Source: Trichosphaerium sp. ATCC 40318
Taxonomy: Eukaryota; Protista; Tubulinea
DNA length: 64,000 bases
Direction: 5' to 3'
NCBI GenBank assembly: GCA_038496445.1
Contig: JALMLS010000484.1
Span: 133,490 to 197,489, forward strand
In this document: positions 37,662-51,400 of the stretch, piece by piece
Numbering within the stretch: position 1 is the first letter of the stretch
Layout: every line of letters begins with the position of its first letter
Position numbers and translations under genes: made by a program
Notes under the pieces: model-generated
Seen by the model: only the letters and a program-made list of their open reading frames with translations
Databases searched by the model: none
Told to the model about the DNA's origin: nothing

Positions 37662-40600
37662 TTAAATCTCCAATACATCCTGGGCTTTATTCGTAATGGA
37701 AACTTTCTTGTATTTTTTCTTTAGGTATCTTGCCTTTGATACGTCTCCTACAAATGTCCATTTAGCAGAGATACATGGTATACAACGAGCAAATAACTCT
37801 TACCACAAAAAACAAGAATAGGCGTTTTGGCACATGTCTTGATTTTTCTTATACTTTTAATCAGCTTTTCTGCTGCACACTCATCTCCATCACCTTTTCG
37901 ATATCTATTTGTGATAACACATAACCTGTTGTTACAGAATCCTTTGAACTTATCAATCCATGCTAAAACCTCAGATGATGACTTCATTACCAATACCTTT
38001 AGTATTTTCTTTAGGGCAATTAATACAGCATTTTGTCGTACCTCTGTTTTCTTTGGCCTTTTTTGTAGCATTTCCATTATCTTCTTGTTTTCAACCGACA
38101 GATTATCATCCACCCACAAAATCAGACATTTAGCGTCCCTATACTTGCGTTCATACGAATTGATATTAGTACTGTCTATCGCCTTGTAATACACTAGGTA
38201 TCTTGGCAGAATCTAAGCAATTAAATGAGTACAAAAAGTGGTAGTTCAGGGTAAAACGCGAGAGGTGGTGGCTATGTACTTGGTTTTTTGAAAATACAAT
38301 AATCTCATTTGCATCTATTTTATCGTCATTACCACATGGATAGCCGGTTGATTTAGTGAGGACATAGTGAGAATCATAGCCTTTCTAAAAAAAGACCATC
38401 AAAAGTAAGTACATGAAAAAGGAGTTGTACCTTGCATTCTTTTCCAAGAAGGGTATTAGGAGTACCAGGTATAGGCTGCTCTGTTGCTGGATATGGATTT
38501 CCCATCATTATCCAGGATATCAACATGCATGGATTCTCTTTTTTATCGCCCCACTCAGCATACTTCCTTCCTACCTCCAGTATTAGTACAAGAATACATT
38601 ATTGTAACGTCATATCTGTTGTAACCACGTACCACAATCAGGATATTGAGTGAAGTAAATACCGTCTCCTTGATTCAACGTTAGTTAAATTAAGTTGTTT
38701 TGTTGCTTTACCATAGTATCCCGGATCTTTCTTGTTTGTATTTTCGTGTGGTTCTCTAAAGTTACCCCAAGCAATCTTAAAACTAGTATCCTACATATAA
38801 TGTTAGGTTTATTTTGTGAGCTAAAGAAAAGGATACCTCTGATGTGCCATGTAGTCCAGGTATGAGGTTTATTTGCTCATTGCCTGAAACACGCATCACA
38901 TAGCTCTTCAAATGATTCAAAGTTCTCTCTTGTGATTTACGTGTATTCTCATCACCATCACTATCACTCGCATCTAAGTCAATTAGATGTTGCTGTACAC
39001 TTGATAATAGACTTACTTGGTTTTTTAGATTGAAGTACTTTCTTCACAAATGTTTTGTATTGTTTTTCGAACTTGTCTTCAAGTTTTGGATTGTCTAGGA
39101 AGGCTATCTTCTCCAACTCATAAAAAGAATTACTATCAGTGCCCATGAATTTATAAAACATGTTGCTAGCTCTCAGATACTCATCATAACGTTCCTATAC
39201 TGCTGTAAGCACCTTGTCAAATACTTCAAAATCATGTGTACCTTGCTCTTTTCATTTTTTGTAAGATAGGTAATTCGTAACCCAGGATACTTTTGAGGTG
39301 TCTCCCAATTACCCACTTTAAGGAACTTTTCGCCATGTACGCTACTCCAGAAGTTATGGGTATTGTGCTTCCCATGTTTGAGTACAGGAAATCCTTCTTT
39401 TAAATGACACGCAGTGACTATATGTTCTAATAATAGTCAGTTGTGTTTTGTATGCCAACTAGTTACACTCACTTGTTTTCTTGCACTTGTATGAATTACT
39501 TGTAACCTTAGTAAACTCTCCTAGTTGTATACTAACAGGACAGAGTGGAGTTGGCGCGATATCCAAGACTTTTAAGTAAGTACCAGCACATTCCTAAAAG
39601 TAGATCAACTTACACTTCTACCATTTAGGTGTACCGTCCATGTCCATGGCGCTATGCCTCTTACAACCACTTTAATTGTAGAATCAACATAATATAAAAC
39701 AATGAGATTACCATAGAAATCAGAGAGTACAATCAAGTTTGAAAACAAACGGAAATCTTTGTTTTGGAACTCTATTTCTAACATTAGTATTCTCTTGTTT
39801 AAACAGTTTATTAACGTACTCCTCAACCTTCTTTGTAGGTCATTAAACACCTCCACTGATAGATCTGTTGATAGGTATTCATATGCCAAAAACTTTGGAA
39901 CACGTGGTACAAGCTCATATCGAGTAGGTAGCGACTATCACATTGTTAGTGTTGCTTGTATGGTATCAACGTACAATTGGTTTGTCTTTGTTTGGTTTAA
40001 CTGTTTCTACAACTTCACGTTCAACTTTAGAATCTGTCGTAGGTTTGAATGATAATATCTTCCAATCTGATGATTTTTTTAACAAACAAAACACTTGGGG
40101 TAGCAACCCTGGGTTCTTGTTCTTTGTTGCCTTAACTAGTACAATACTTTGCTCCTTTTGAGTCAAAGGTGGAATGTACAGCATATCTGCTTTGGGTAGT
40201 AGTGATATAATAATGTATCCGTCAGCCCCATACACGACCTGACACAAATGGCTTAACAATGCTTAGTATTTTCAAAGCGAGTTACCTTTTCTTCGTCTGT
40301 CAAGCGAACACAGAATGACATCTGTACCAAGAAGTTCATTACCTGTGTCACTTCACGTTTGCTACTTTTAGGAAATAGGCTTGAGATTCGAGATTTAACT
40401 TCTGAGTCAGTAAATACAGCGCCATGTCTATGAGTGCTGTTTTTAATTAATCTGTCCAGATGTTCTTTGGGCGCTAGAAAAGCACTCATGACACGAGATA
40501 GAATAGGAGGATGCAAACACAGCATGTATGAAGACTAGGTGAACAACCAGTCAGTGTTTTACAGATGCTGTAATGCACTTACCTCATCAAACATAATACT

Positions 40601-42865
40601 ACCAACCGAATGAAGGTAGTTCAATGCAGCAACCAACTCTATTGGAGACATTTCCATATTGGGCTTATCTTTTATCAAGTCTAGGACCGTACGTCTATTA
40701 CCAGTATATCAGCAATAGCACGGTTTTAAATCAAGCTTACATTGATATGATGTTTCCCTTTAGGGTATCCTTGTTTGTGCTTGTATTCTCAAGTGCCTTC
40801 TTTACAGTTGTATATATTGTGGGTACTTTTGGGTATTGGGATCTCAAGTACTTGGCTTGACGCTCTAAAATCTTGGCAAGAGCGCTAGTTCCTAGTCAAT
40901 CAAATCAGGAGAAATAACAAAGTATATAAAGGTACCCTCTAAGCATAAGTACTGTACTAATGACGATCCTATAGGAATCAAGGCTTGTCTATTGGACTTG
41001 ATTTCTCCTAGAAAGATATCCAGTTTGGATCCAAATACAATCACCGAGTATAGCTTTGGATCTTGGTCATGTAGTATCTTACTTAAAACACTACACCAAT
41101 ATTGAAGGTGTTCCTGCTGCTCTTTGATTGATGTTGACAAGTCAATCTAAAAAGTTGATGAATGAAAAAGCAAACAAACATGACGTAGATGTCAATAGGA
41201 ACTTACAACAATGATATAAATAACAAGTTGCTTTGCTGCAAAGTACTGATGTAACCCTTTGTATTCTATCTGTCCAGCAAAGTCTAACACTGTGAATGAT
41301 ACACCATTGAACCTAAAGCACATTAAATGTAAGGTAGACATAGTTTAAACGTACAACACATGCGAGGTATCAAAGCCGATTGTTGAGTCACATGTTTTAT
41401 TTGTTTCCTTTGCCAATGTCCTCACTAGTGTTGTCTTACCTAATACATATATTTAGCAAACACAATTGACTTATAAATACCTGATCCTTCGTGGCCCACA
41501 ACCATTATTTTGGCTTCCAATTGCTTTTTTATATTGTACTTTGAACGATTTACTCCATGAATAACTTGATGTGATACAGCATTTTCTTTGGCCTTGAGGC
41601 CATAGCAATAGATATTTTTGAACTGTTGTATTTTTTTATCTGATAATGTATCCATATGTAAGGTTATCACACGTGCCCCTTTAAATTCACGTGCCATAGT
41701 TGTGACTATAAAGTGTTACAACAAAAGTAGAAAATCTTAAATGTTAGTTTAAGAGCAACGTACCATCGTGAAGTGATACCTCAGGATCTTTTTTACAAAG
41801 GTCATAGATAAATACAATATCACAAGAACAGCCAGAAGAACATTTATCTTGATGCTCCTTAATATACTGTTTCATATCAGCATAAGCGCTTTTAGAATAA
41901 AATTCAAAAAACTGTGAGTCAAGACAATAAAAAGGTACAAACATAGTATCTAGTATCTCGGGGCAACAAATCAATTTTCTAAGGTTGCTATGATTAGATT
42001 GCTCTTCAGAACACACTTTCCCTAATATATATTCTTCGGTAGTGTCATCGATAGAGCAAGAGAATATTTTATCCACATTGTTAGAAAAGGCAACTTGATC
42101 TGGCTTTCCAGCAATACTTTTCTGGGTTTTACTACCTCCATCTAACTTCCCATCTTCTAAAACCCCACCAATGTATTTACGACCATCTGGCCAGTACTTT
42201 GCGCCAATACCATTGGGAACACGGTTATGGAACTCTCCAATGTACTTGGTACCATCTTGATAATAGTAAACTCCAATGGACTTGTAAGGGCGCTCCTTAA
42301 ATTGGCCTTTGTACTCGAGAGTTCCATCTTCCCTATATGTCTCTCCAACACCATCAAATTCCCTGCGTTTAAATTGACCTTTATACCTCAATGTACCATT
42401 CTTCCTATACAACTTGCCAGTACACAACTTATCATCCTCAAAAGTACCAATATATTTGGTCCCATCTTCGTAATACAACTCACCTTCACCATGAAACTTA
42501 AACTCTCGAAATTGGCCTTTGTATTGCAGCTTACCGTTCGGGTAAAACAACTCAGAAGTAAACTTACCACTATCAAATTGACCTTTGTAGCACAGACCAT
42601 TCGACCAATGTATGCCTCCATGAGTCTTTTTAGTGCTTGGCCATTGTTTACGGCCACCAGGACAATCGTCATGAAATGTGCGAATATGTAGTGTAAGTGT
42701 GCCTGTGCCATGGAACAGATCATTCTCAAACTGACCTTCGTATGTCATGGAAATACCTCTTTTAAGAGTTCCAGTGCCATGATACTTGCCGCCCTCAACT
42801 TGACCTGTATACACAGTATCACCTCTACGAATCTCCTCCATACCATTCAACACTTGTAAGTACAT
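37662..42865 (-). CDS. Roco-family protein: MORN repeats - Roc GTPase - COR - PARP-like ADP-ribosyltransferase - receiver-like domain; multi-exon
   Basis: MORN (YxGQFxxxxFHGxGxLY); P-loop GHEGSG|KTTL, STIG, LDFAGQIEY, GSKLD; COR LNYLHSVG; ART GLHGT, DPGYYG|DGIYFT, GNPYP, GYDSHY, NEIIVF..QILPRY; REC-like LILWVDDN...TPILVF. Confidence 0.85.
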
Positions 42866-43593
42866 TTAGAATTGAGATTTTCGAAAGAAAAACTGTTGGG
42901 TTTTTTCAAAGTCAAAACCTGTCAACGCAAAGATAGAACGTTTATGATCGTCATTCAGACTTACCACTAGCAGTGCTGTCAGTTTTAGCCATATTTCAAT
43001 CCGTGGCGAAGCGTTACCAGCGATAAACCGGTTTAGCGTTTCAAAAAATGCCGTTAGGCCTAGTGGTAGCGTAGTAAAGGTTCTGGTTCGTATGATCGCG
43101 TTTTCGAGGGCTAAAACAAACAAAAAGTTAGTACGAAATGTAGCAAACCAGAAACCCAAAAAAAACCACTATTACGCGGAGAGAAGTAACAATACAATAC
43201 AATACTCACTAAAAGCTTGTCTGTTTGTATAATTAATGCAAAAAGACGTCGTACTCGCTTTAGTTCAATGTAAGTAGTTGGTAGAAGACGTGAAAAGCGA
43301 ATGTGTTTATTTAGGTTGACCACAAGCTTGTTTTTCGATATCGCTAACTTTTTTCTATTTTTAGCGAAAGTTCGGGTTCGCTCATTTGAAGTTTGAAGTC
43401 ATTCAAAGAAGAATAGTCGTTCTCCTAATTACCTCCTTGGTCATATCTCACCGCTCACGTAAAGGTTTACCTTAACCATCTGAGCGAAGATCATTTCAAA
43501 TATCATGGAAAGTAGAACATGTCAAACTCTAAAATTTATTGAAATCACAACTTTAGTACTTCTCTACAACCAGGTTCAATTTGAAGAAATTTT

Positions 43594-45571
43594 TTATGAG
43601 CTATCTTGACCGACAAGCTTTGTGAAACCAGAAGGTTGATTGGTATGATAACTATAAATAGTGACAGCAAATGAATCAACTTCACTTGCTTTAACTTCAC
43701 GCTTTCCAGGATCTTTTACATTGATAGCATGCTCTTTAGCACCTTTTTCCATTAATGGCACATAGTGATTTTTCATCAAGTCTAGTAGCTTGACAAACTG
43801 CGTACCAAAAGTCTTATGCATAAAATACGATCCGTTCTTAAACACTATGTTAGATTTATTGATTTTGTTAGTAATGTTTTTTGCGTACTTGTAAGAAGAT
43901 TTCGAGAATACTGGCTGTCATGTTCTGTGGATCCATGTTAAGTAGTCTGGCAACCCAAGTCCACATGTTTTTCGTGGAATGAGGGTGATAGTTACCAAAA
44001 GACAATACAGAAAAAGCTGTAAATACAGCTATAGTCCCCTTCATTCTTAGCTTGTACTTAGCCAAAGATTCACCTTTTTTATATTTTAGGTCCTTTGTCT
44101 TATATTCGTCAATTGGTTTGTTACCAACACTACAAGAAGTTAAACAATTGTAATATCCAATACACTAAAAAATAGTAGCCGCCAGTCATAAACAGATACA
44201 CTAGTAACTAAAGACTCTACTAGGTGCTACTTTTAACAGTGAAATACAATGTCTTAAATACAAATAACTAAACGTACTTGGGTGGATACATCGGTACTGT
44301 GTACGGACACGATTCATAAAAAGCGCCCATCATCACCTTTGAAAAGAATGGTACTTTTTCTTTGACTTGCTGACATACGAGTAATGCTGCTGCCCCATAA
44401 GCAAATGCATATTCTGGTTTTGTTGAACAGAGAAAAGCTCCCTTTGAAATACAAGCAGTGCATATTCTATAAACTGTCGAACGAAGAAGCTCTTCGTCTA
44501 CACTTGCTTCTTGCAGTATCTTTACAAAAGCACTAGCAGCTTGCTTAACACGATCAAGTGTTAAATGGATCATTGAAAAGATAGTCAAGGTAGCACATAG
44601 TAGTTTTCTTCTTCTTATGTCCTTTCTTGCTTTCAAAGTGGCGTCACTTTGTTCGCACTTTAAAAAATACTCCCGACAAACTTTCCATTGGCGTATAGCA
44701 CCAACTGGGATAATATTCTAGCGGTAGAAGGGTTAGCTAGGCGTAGGTTATGTTTCTCAATCCACGTGATGGAAGGCTTAAAAAGTAGACATACCTTTAA
44801 GGTTTTTAGTTGAGATTTGCTATCATACAGGTTAGTACGTAAAGCAGGAAATAAACAGGCATTGGTACATTTTAATGAGTTGATCTCGGTTTGTTTTGTA
44901 AGCTTCCACTTTTTTGGCTTCCACATGAGCTTTATACTGAGCTTCTTTGAGCTCATGCTGCTGGCGAAGCTGCTCATTATGCTTTTGCTGAGCTTGTAAA
45001 TGAGCTTTGTATTGTACTTCTTTAAGCTCACGCTCCTCACTAGCTCGCCTTTGAGCATTCTCCTATACAGCAATTACCAAAAGTACCGTGTGGTAAAATC
45101 GTACTAAATACTCTCTCTGGAATTCTTCGCACACGTTGTCTATAAAAGCACGAATCTTCTCTCTTCGTCGTGCAACCTTTTCAGCAATCAATTGCTCTTC
45201 TTAACGAATACCACTTTAATAAACCGTCACCATAGACAAGAAGTGACTTACCACGTGCAATTGCTGCGCGATCAAAACGAAAAGGAAGGAGGTGGGTATT
45301 AGGAGCTACAACCAAGTCCTTCAATAGTGTTAAAACGTGTACTAGAAACAGAAAAACAAATTCTCTTTTCATACATTCGATCTTAACTTTTCAATCGCTT
45401 CATTCATCTCTTTAGATAGTTCCATACTTCTCATTTTCAAAGGTTCCGCCTACACTCAATGGTGATTAAGAGTCTTTTCAGTCGGTTTTCAAACAATAAA
45501 TTGCGTACACTTTCACGTCTCGCCTTCTCTTCTTTGGTAACCGTCACGGGGTAGTAAGACAAAGGATCCAT
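43594..45571 (-). CDS. GLE1: mRNA export factor GLE1-like, multi-exon
   Basis: N-terminal coiled coil; FYESCPYTVPMYP; RMKGTIAVFTA; WTWVARLLNM...TASILEIFLQ; FGTQFVKLL. Confidence 0.85.
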
Positions 45572-45908
45572 TGTAATAAACAAAAGCGTATGAAAGAGTG
45601 TTTTCAATCAAGTATGAAAGACTTGCCTTGACTGTTTTTTTGAGTTTGTCTAGTCAATCTACAGCGTAATTGATAAACAAGACCAGCGAAGTGCAAGCAA
45701 CCCTTAAGTTAGCTAGACACAACCTTGCTGGTATTTAAGTGGTTACAAGATTGAAATAGCGCTGAGAAAATGAGTGATTGAAAAATGATTGCAAAAATAG
45801 TGAAAAATGATTGAAATACAGCGTGATTGAAATAATTGTGAGTGATATGATATATCATTAACTAGCTGTCCTTTTTTTATTGTTTTTCTTTTCAGCGATA
45901 ATTCAATA

Positions 45909-47221
45909 CTACTCTTCTTCTGGTTTTTCTGGGCTTGGAAATACTCTGGAAATACAATGAGGAGATGTTACATACAGTAAAGAATTTGCCATAATCATTG
46001 ATCCAAAATTATCTTCACTCCTATTCCAGCTACCATCACCACTATCATCACTTGGTAAAAAGAATCCAATTGAAACTATCCTTGTCTTTGCTTCTGTCAG
46101 AATCTCTGCAATATAAGGACTTGAAGGAACACCAGCGATCAATGTTGCATTAGTAGCTAATGGACCAGAAGAACAGTAAGAAATACGATAAGCTTTTTTA
46201 GTATTTATTCCAGTTGCAATAAAATGATCATCCAAGACCCACGTCTGGTCTGGTATGCTACTTTGACCTAGTATTTAGTTAGTAAGTTTATAACAATTGT
46301 TTTATAAAAAGAATAGACTGACCTGATGGTGAAATTGGATGTAATCCACCATTTAAAAATTTACCCTCTAAAACATGTCAACATAAAACAAATTACAACT
46401 TTGGCACTCGTTGAAAACGTTCAATACTGTAACACCAAATTTTCACGCACGTGGACATTCTCCGACCGAACCATTACAAAAACAGCCAATAATCACCCCT
46501 AAAGAGAACCAAGTTTAGTCAAACTTGTTTGTGTAAATAATTTGTGATACCTTTCTTTTCAAGCAAAGCGTAATCATGCAGAGCATCACCAAGTTGCTCC
46601 ATATCACCATAATATCCATTAGAAAACACAATAACTGCATCATATGGCTTCATTTTTTCAAAAATATCTTCTGTAGTAGTAGCAGGGTTTGGTAATGTGT
46701 ACATATCAACCTATTTCCGTTTTTGAGGTAAGAGCAAAAACAATAAAAAAAAAAAAACAATCACGATGCGTATTTGACTTCAAAGACAGCAGTTACGTAA
46801 AAATAGCGTGTGTTGGGGCGTGTGATTGTAAATTGTGGTTTGACGCACGTTTTTAAGGCCTGTTGACGAAATACACCTTTCAACGTCTTCAATATAGCGT
46901 TTAGATCCGTTATTGCACACAACAAGATACCTGAAGTACGTTTAAGCCCAAATAAGCAAGTACGTTATAAAAAGCTTACTTGCGCTCTGTAACATGCTTG
47001 TAAAATACCCTCCAATCCTTTACAGTCTTGGGTAGTTCTTTCAGCTTCTCTAATGGCGTGTATTCGCTACAACTCTTTATCTTCCAAGATACATTACTAG
47101 AACGCCTGAGATCGCGCCACGTTGAACAAACCGTTGAAATAACACCAAGCGTTGAAATATTATCAATTTGGTTGAATACTACCTCTACAATTTCTGGTGG
47201 AAGGTCCCCAAACGTACTCAT
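45909..47221 (-). CDS. F-box protein with an uncharacterised C-terminal alpha/beta domain, multi-exon
   Basis: FGDLPPEIVEVVFNQI...STVCSTWR; YDAVIVFSNGYY...LGDALHDY. Confidence 0.8.
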
Positions 47222-47620
47222 GGAGATATTACTTGTTTTTGTGTTATTTTAAAACACGATCAAAGCTTTGCCCGACCGGTTTTTAAGTGGCAAAACTTGC
47301 TATTTCAATCAAGCTAGTAGCGTGCCTTGACTGTTTTTTTCTTGTTGAACCTGGCAATTATTTGGCGCAACAATCACGTGGTTCTTCCGGAAACTTGTCA
47401 AGGTGTTGTTAAATACATTATGTGAAGCAGCACCAGTGTGGATGTAAGCCGCATCTAATAGCCTGCTATGTCCTCGTATTAATCAAGGCCATGTGATAAT
47501 CAGTAGCCAGTTTTGTTTGACACACTATGAAATGTGCTTGTAGACGAAATGCCACATCATCACTCCTCCTTAACACTATGACTTAGCGTTTCATCTTACT
47601 CACAATACTGCAGTTAACAA

Positions 47621-48267
47621 ATGACATTCCACTGGTTACTCGTATCAATCTTGCTCGTTGTAGAAACGATTATAGTATATTTGCTTATTTTGCCAGTAAG
47701 CTTTATAAATAACCTTGGTACGGTAGTACAACCCATTGTGTAGTAGTTTAACATTGTTTAAAAGTTCAAAAACTTGTAAGACCTGTCCTACGCAACAAAA
47801 ATGTAAGATTAGGGCTCAAAATCACTGCTGGACTATTGTTATACCTTACTGTTGGTACGCAAACTTTTTTTTTACTCCAATCCTAACCGTTACCCTAGCA
47901 AGCGGTTACGAGATGAACAGACTCGCATCAAGGATACAAACCGAAACCCTCGTTGGAAACGACCGTCTTCAATTGTACACACGTAAATTCAGAAACGAAC
48001 GTAATTTCTACCTTGCTATGAGTACATTAACTATTTTGGGGTACGCTAACACAAACAATTCATTATTTACACCGAAGAAAATCAAATACACTCCAACACC
48101 AACTCTACCGCAATGGAAACCGCGCCCAGGGCTTTTAACCAAGTTTAAAACAAAAAATTACATCTCACGTCACCTGTCTTACACTCAGTCACTAAAAACC
48201 TTCTAGAATCCTCATCTTCGTAGAACGTATTATCTTCAACCGTCGTCAAGCAGCAAAAGAACAGTAA
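47621..48267 (+). CDS. Short BAP29/BAP31-like ER membrane protein (TM domain only), 4 exons
   Basis: MTFHWLLVSILLVVETIIVYLLILP; KFRNERNFYL resembles the FRAQRNxY motif; no C-terminal coiled coil. Confidence 0.75.
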
Positions 48268-48469
48268 ACGCATAAGTAACAGATACAGAGCGGGTTTTAT
48301 TTTTTTTTTCAGTTCCAAAAAAATAAAAAGAAATAAATACCCCGCTTTCTTTAAAAACAACTACATCTAATTCTTAAAAAACAGTACAATAATAATTGTA
48401 TTATTTCCTTTTTATTTCAATAACATGAAGAGGTATTTAAGTCAAATTCAATCAACGCAGGCATTTTTT

Positions 48470-51400
48470 TTAATATGAAACTATTTTGTCGATTTCTTCG
48501 ACATTAGGAGACGGCATGAGGCTCTGTCCTTGTTCTCCCTTATCCTTTTCGCGGCTTGAACGAATAGACTCTCTAGCACTATCAATTTGCTCTTTGACTA
48601 CGTCAGCAACACTTGTCAAGAATTTTGGTTTTGGAGGAATCACTGGTGGAGCATCACTAGAGTCTCCATTAAAGTCATCAAGGTCAGCATCATTTCTTCT
48701 CTTTCTCAAGATAACAATAGCCACAACGAACACAACAAAGCAACAACATACACCAGCACCAGCTGGTACACCGATCATGACGGCAGTATTACTTAAATTG
48801 ATAGTCTGAGTTCTAGATGCAGATTCATCTATTGCCGATGCTGCGCTCATGTTGAAGAACCCTGCGAACTTCTGGCTTGTTGATGCATCAAACTCTTGCG
48901 GAACTTCAGCTTGGATCGTTCTTACAACAGATCTCTTTCCTTCAAGGAAATTGTTTAGCGCACGTGAAGATTTAAGTATTTTTTACTTCCAAAAAAAAAA
49001 CGTACTAGTACTAAAATTCTGCGTTGATGTACACTCACAACCAAACTTGTATTCAACTTGAACAACCACAAGAATACAATAACGTGTTACATTAACGGTT
49101 TCTAGTGTTTTCAAAACGTTAGTCATAGCCATGAAAGAAAACCACAAGCTACAACGAACCTGGCGTAATGCTCCTGTCTGTTTTAAAGGTAAACCCATTC
49201 TTGTCTGTAATAAGTTCCTCATCCATTGCAAAGTCTATACCAGGCATTTCTTGACCCTTGTCATACACAATGACAACATTGTCATTATCCTACACCCGCA
49301 TTAGCAACTGTTTTCGGAATAGAACGAGATACTTACACCGACTTCATGTACGTAAATTTGCAAAATCTCGTTTGCAAGAATAGTAGCTTCACCGTTTGTA
49401 GTGAGCTCTGCTAAGAAGTATACAGGTGTATCGTATTCGAATATATCTTGTACAATCCTGTACTCAGAATCTTCATGAGGTGTCAGTTTGCCTTCGAGAT
49501 TAATTTCAATTTCTGCTTGTCCACAGAACTCTTCGGATGTTATATCCAAAAGAACATCACGTTGACCAATTATACAGTCACCACAGGCCATACCAAATCC
49601 AATGATATAGAGACCAGAAATTTCACACTCTGGGCCTACGGCAACAGAGATAATATGCTCTTGTGAGCAATACGCAGTTTCTTCTGCACAAATCTAAAAA
49701 AAAGAAAAAAATGAGAAAAAAGCTACAGCAAGCCACAAAGAAAAACAAGTGAAAGCGTACCTCTCCTTCTCCAGGACCAATAATTACAGATTCAAAAGAT
49801 GGGCTTATGCCATCACGTGTAACATTAAGTACTATTCGTTCTGTAACACCTAAAGGAGCAGGACAAATAGACTTTACAATAATAATTCCTTTTTGAAATG
49901 GCTGACCAGCTGTTTGACCTTCAAGGTCAATATAACTACGTATTATAGCAAACCTAACAAAAAGGTTAAAGATACCGCACATATAATATTGAAACGTACA
50001 TGCAGTCATCCATTGTTGGTTCAATCCAATCAGGAGGAGCAGTAACTTGCTGTTCAATACTTCTTTTTACACTTATTGGCTCTGGATTAGTTGGTGTAGT
50101 TGGTGGTGAAGTTTGTGGTAACTCAGAAGTAGGTGGTTCTACTGCGGCCATTGACATATTACCTGGCAAAACAAGTCAGAACATGTGTTCGAAGAAAGAA
50201 ACTGTACATGTAGAGAATGAAACAATATGAAGTTCTTGATTGTCATATTGTTCAATTGTAACTTCAAACTTGTTTCCATAGAAACTTGCATTCAATTGAG
50301 ATGGGAAGGTATTTTCTAAGAGCGTCATACCTAGAAAAAAATGAGAAAAAGGTGCTTCTTACAACTTGAACTGTCTTTCGAACAAGAAAGATAAAAAACG
50401 TACCGCCAACAAGGTACTGATCAAAAGTACACGAAATCACTTGACGAGGTAAACGACCAGGAGCACGAGCTAGGTTACGAATACTAATAACACCATTTGT
50501 ATCAATATCAACACTAATCATCACTAAAAACAAACAGTCAAATTTTCTCAATCTCTTTTTCTCAATCTCTTTTTTTCGAATTTGCATACCATATTTTCCG
50601 TTATAATATCCTTCAGCAGATGTGTAACCGTCATCTCTGTCTTCTACCTCAAACATTGGAGCATTTGGTCTAGGACCAAATTGAAACAAGTTATCGTTCT
50701 CATCTTCTAAATCAAGAACAAGAGAACATTCTCCAGAAGACTCAAATGCTAAACAAAAAAATCTTCGCTTAGTAATTACTTCCAAGACGCTTTTTGATAC
50801 GTACGTATACCCTCACACATTGGACTTGGAGGCTCTACTTCTTCAGAAGAAATTGGTGCATATGTTGCAATTGTACTTTGCTCAAGTTCTGATGGAGATT
50901 CGTCATCGCAAACATCTGGAAATAGCTCATTCGGACATTTCGGTATTGCAGGAGACAAAGTAGGCGTTACTGTGGGAGCATCTGTTGGAGCCAGTGTCGG
51001 AGTAAGAGTTGTAGGAGTAAGAGTCATAGGAGGAAACGTGCTCGGCGGAGGCGGATTCGTAGGCACAGACGGAGCTGTTGGTAGACAAATACATCTCGGT
51101 ATTGGTGTTGGTGCCATTGTAGTAGGCGGTAGAGTTGGTGGCAATGTAGTAGGCGGCAAAGTGGTTGGCGGCAAAGTTGTCGGTGGTAATGTTGTAGGCG
51201 GCAAGGTCGTTGGCGGCAAAGTAGTAGGCGGCAGAGTAGTTGGCGGCAAAGTTGTCGGCGGCAATGTAGTAGGCGGTGACGTCGTAGGTGGCAACGTCGT
51301 AGGTGGTAGAGTTGTAGGCGCTTTAGTGTTGTTATCAAAGACAGCAATGGCAGTCTTTACCACGACAGTCTTTGGGAATCTGATAACGACAGGAATAACA

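Noticed and set aside
42157-42729. Overlapping ORFs in other frames and strands of the MORN exon
   Set aside because: Shadow ORFs of the repeat-coding exon.
43377-43488. TTCGCTCA...TGAGCGAA inverted repeat with CTGA, a possible C/D snoRNA
   Set aside because: No recognisable box C; an 8-bp stem can arise by chance.
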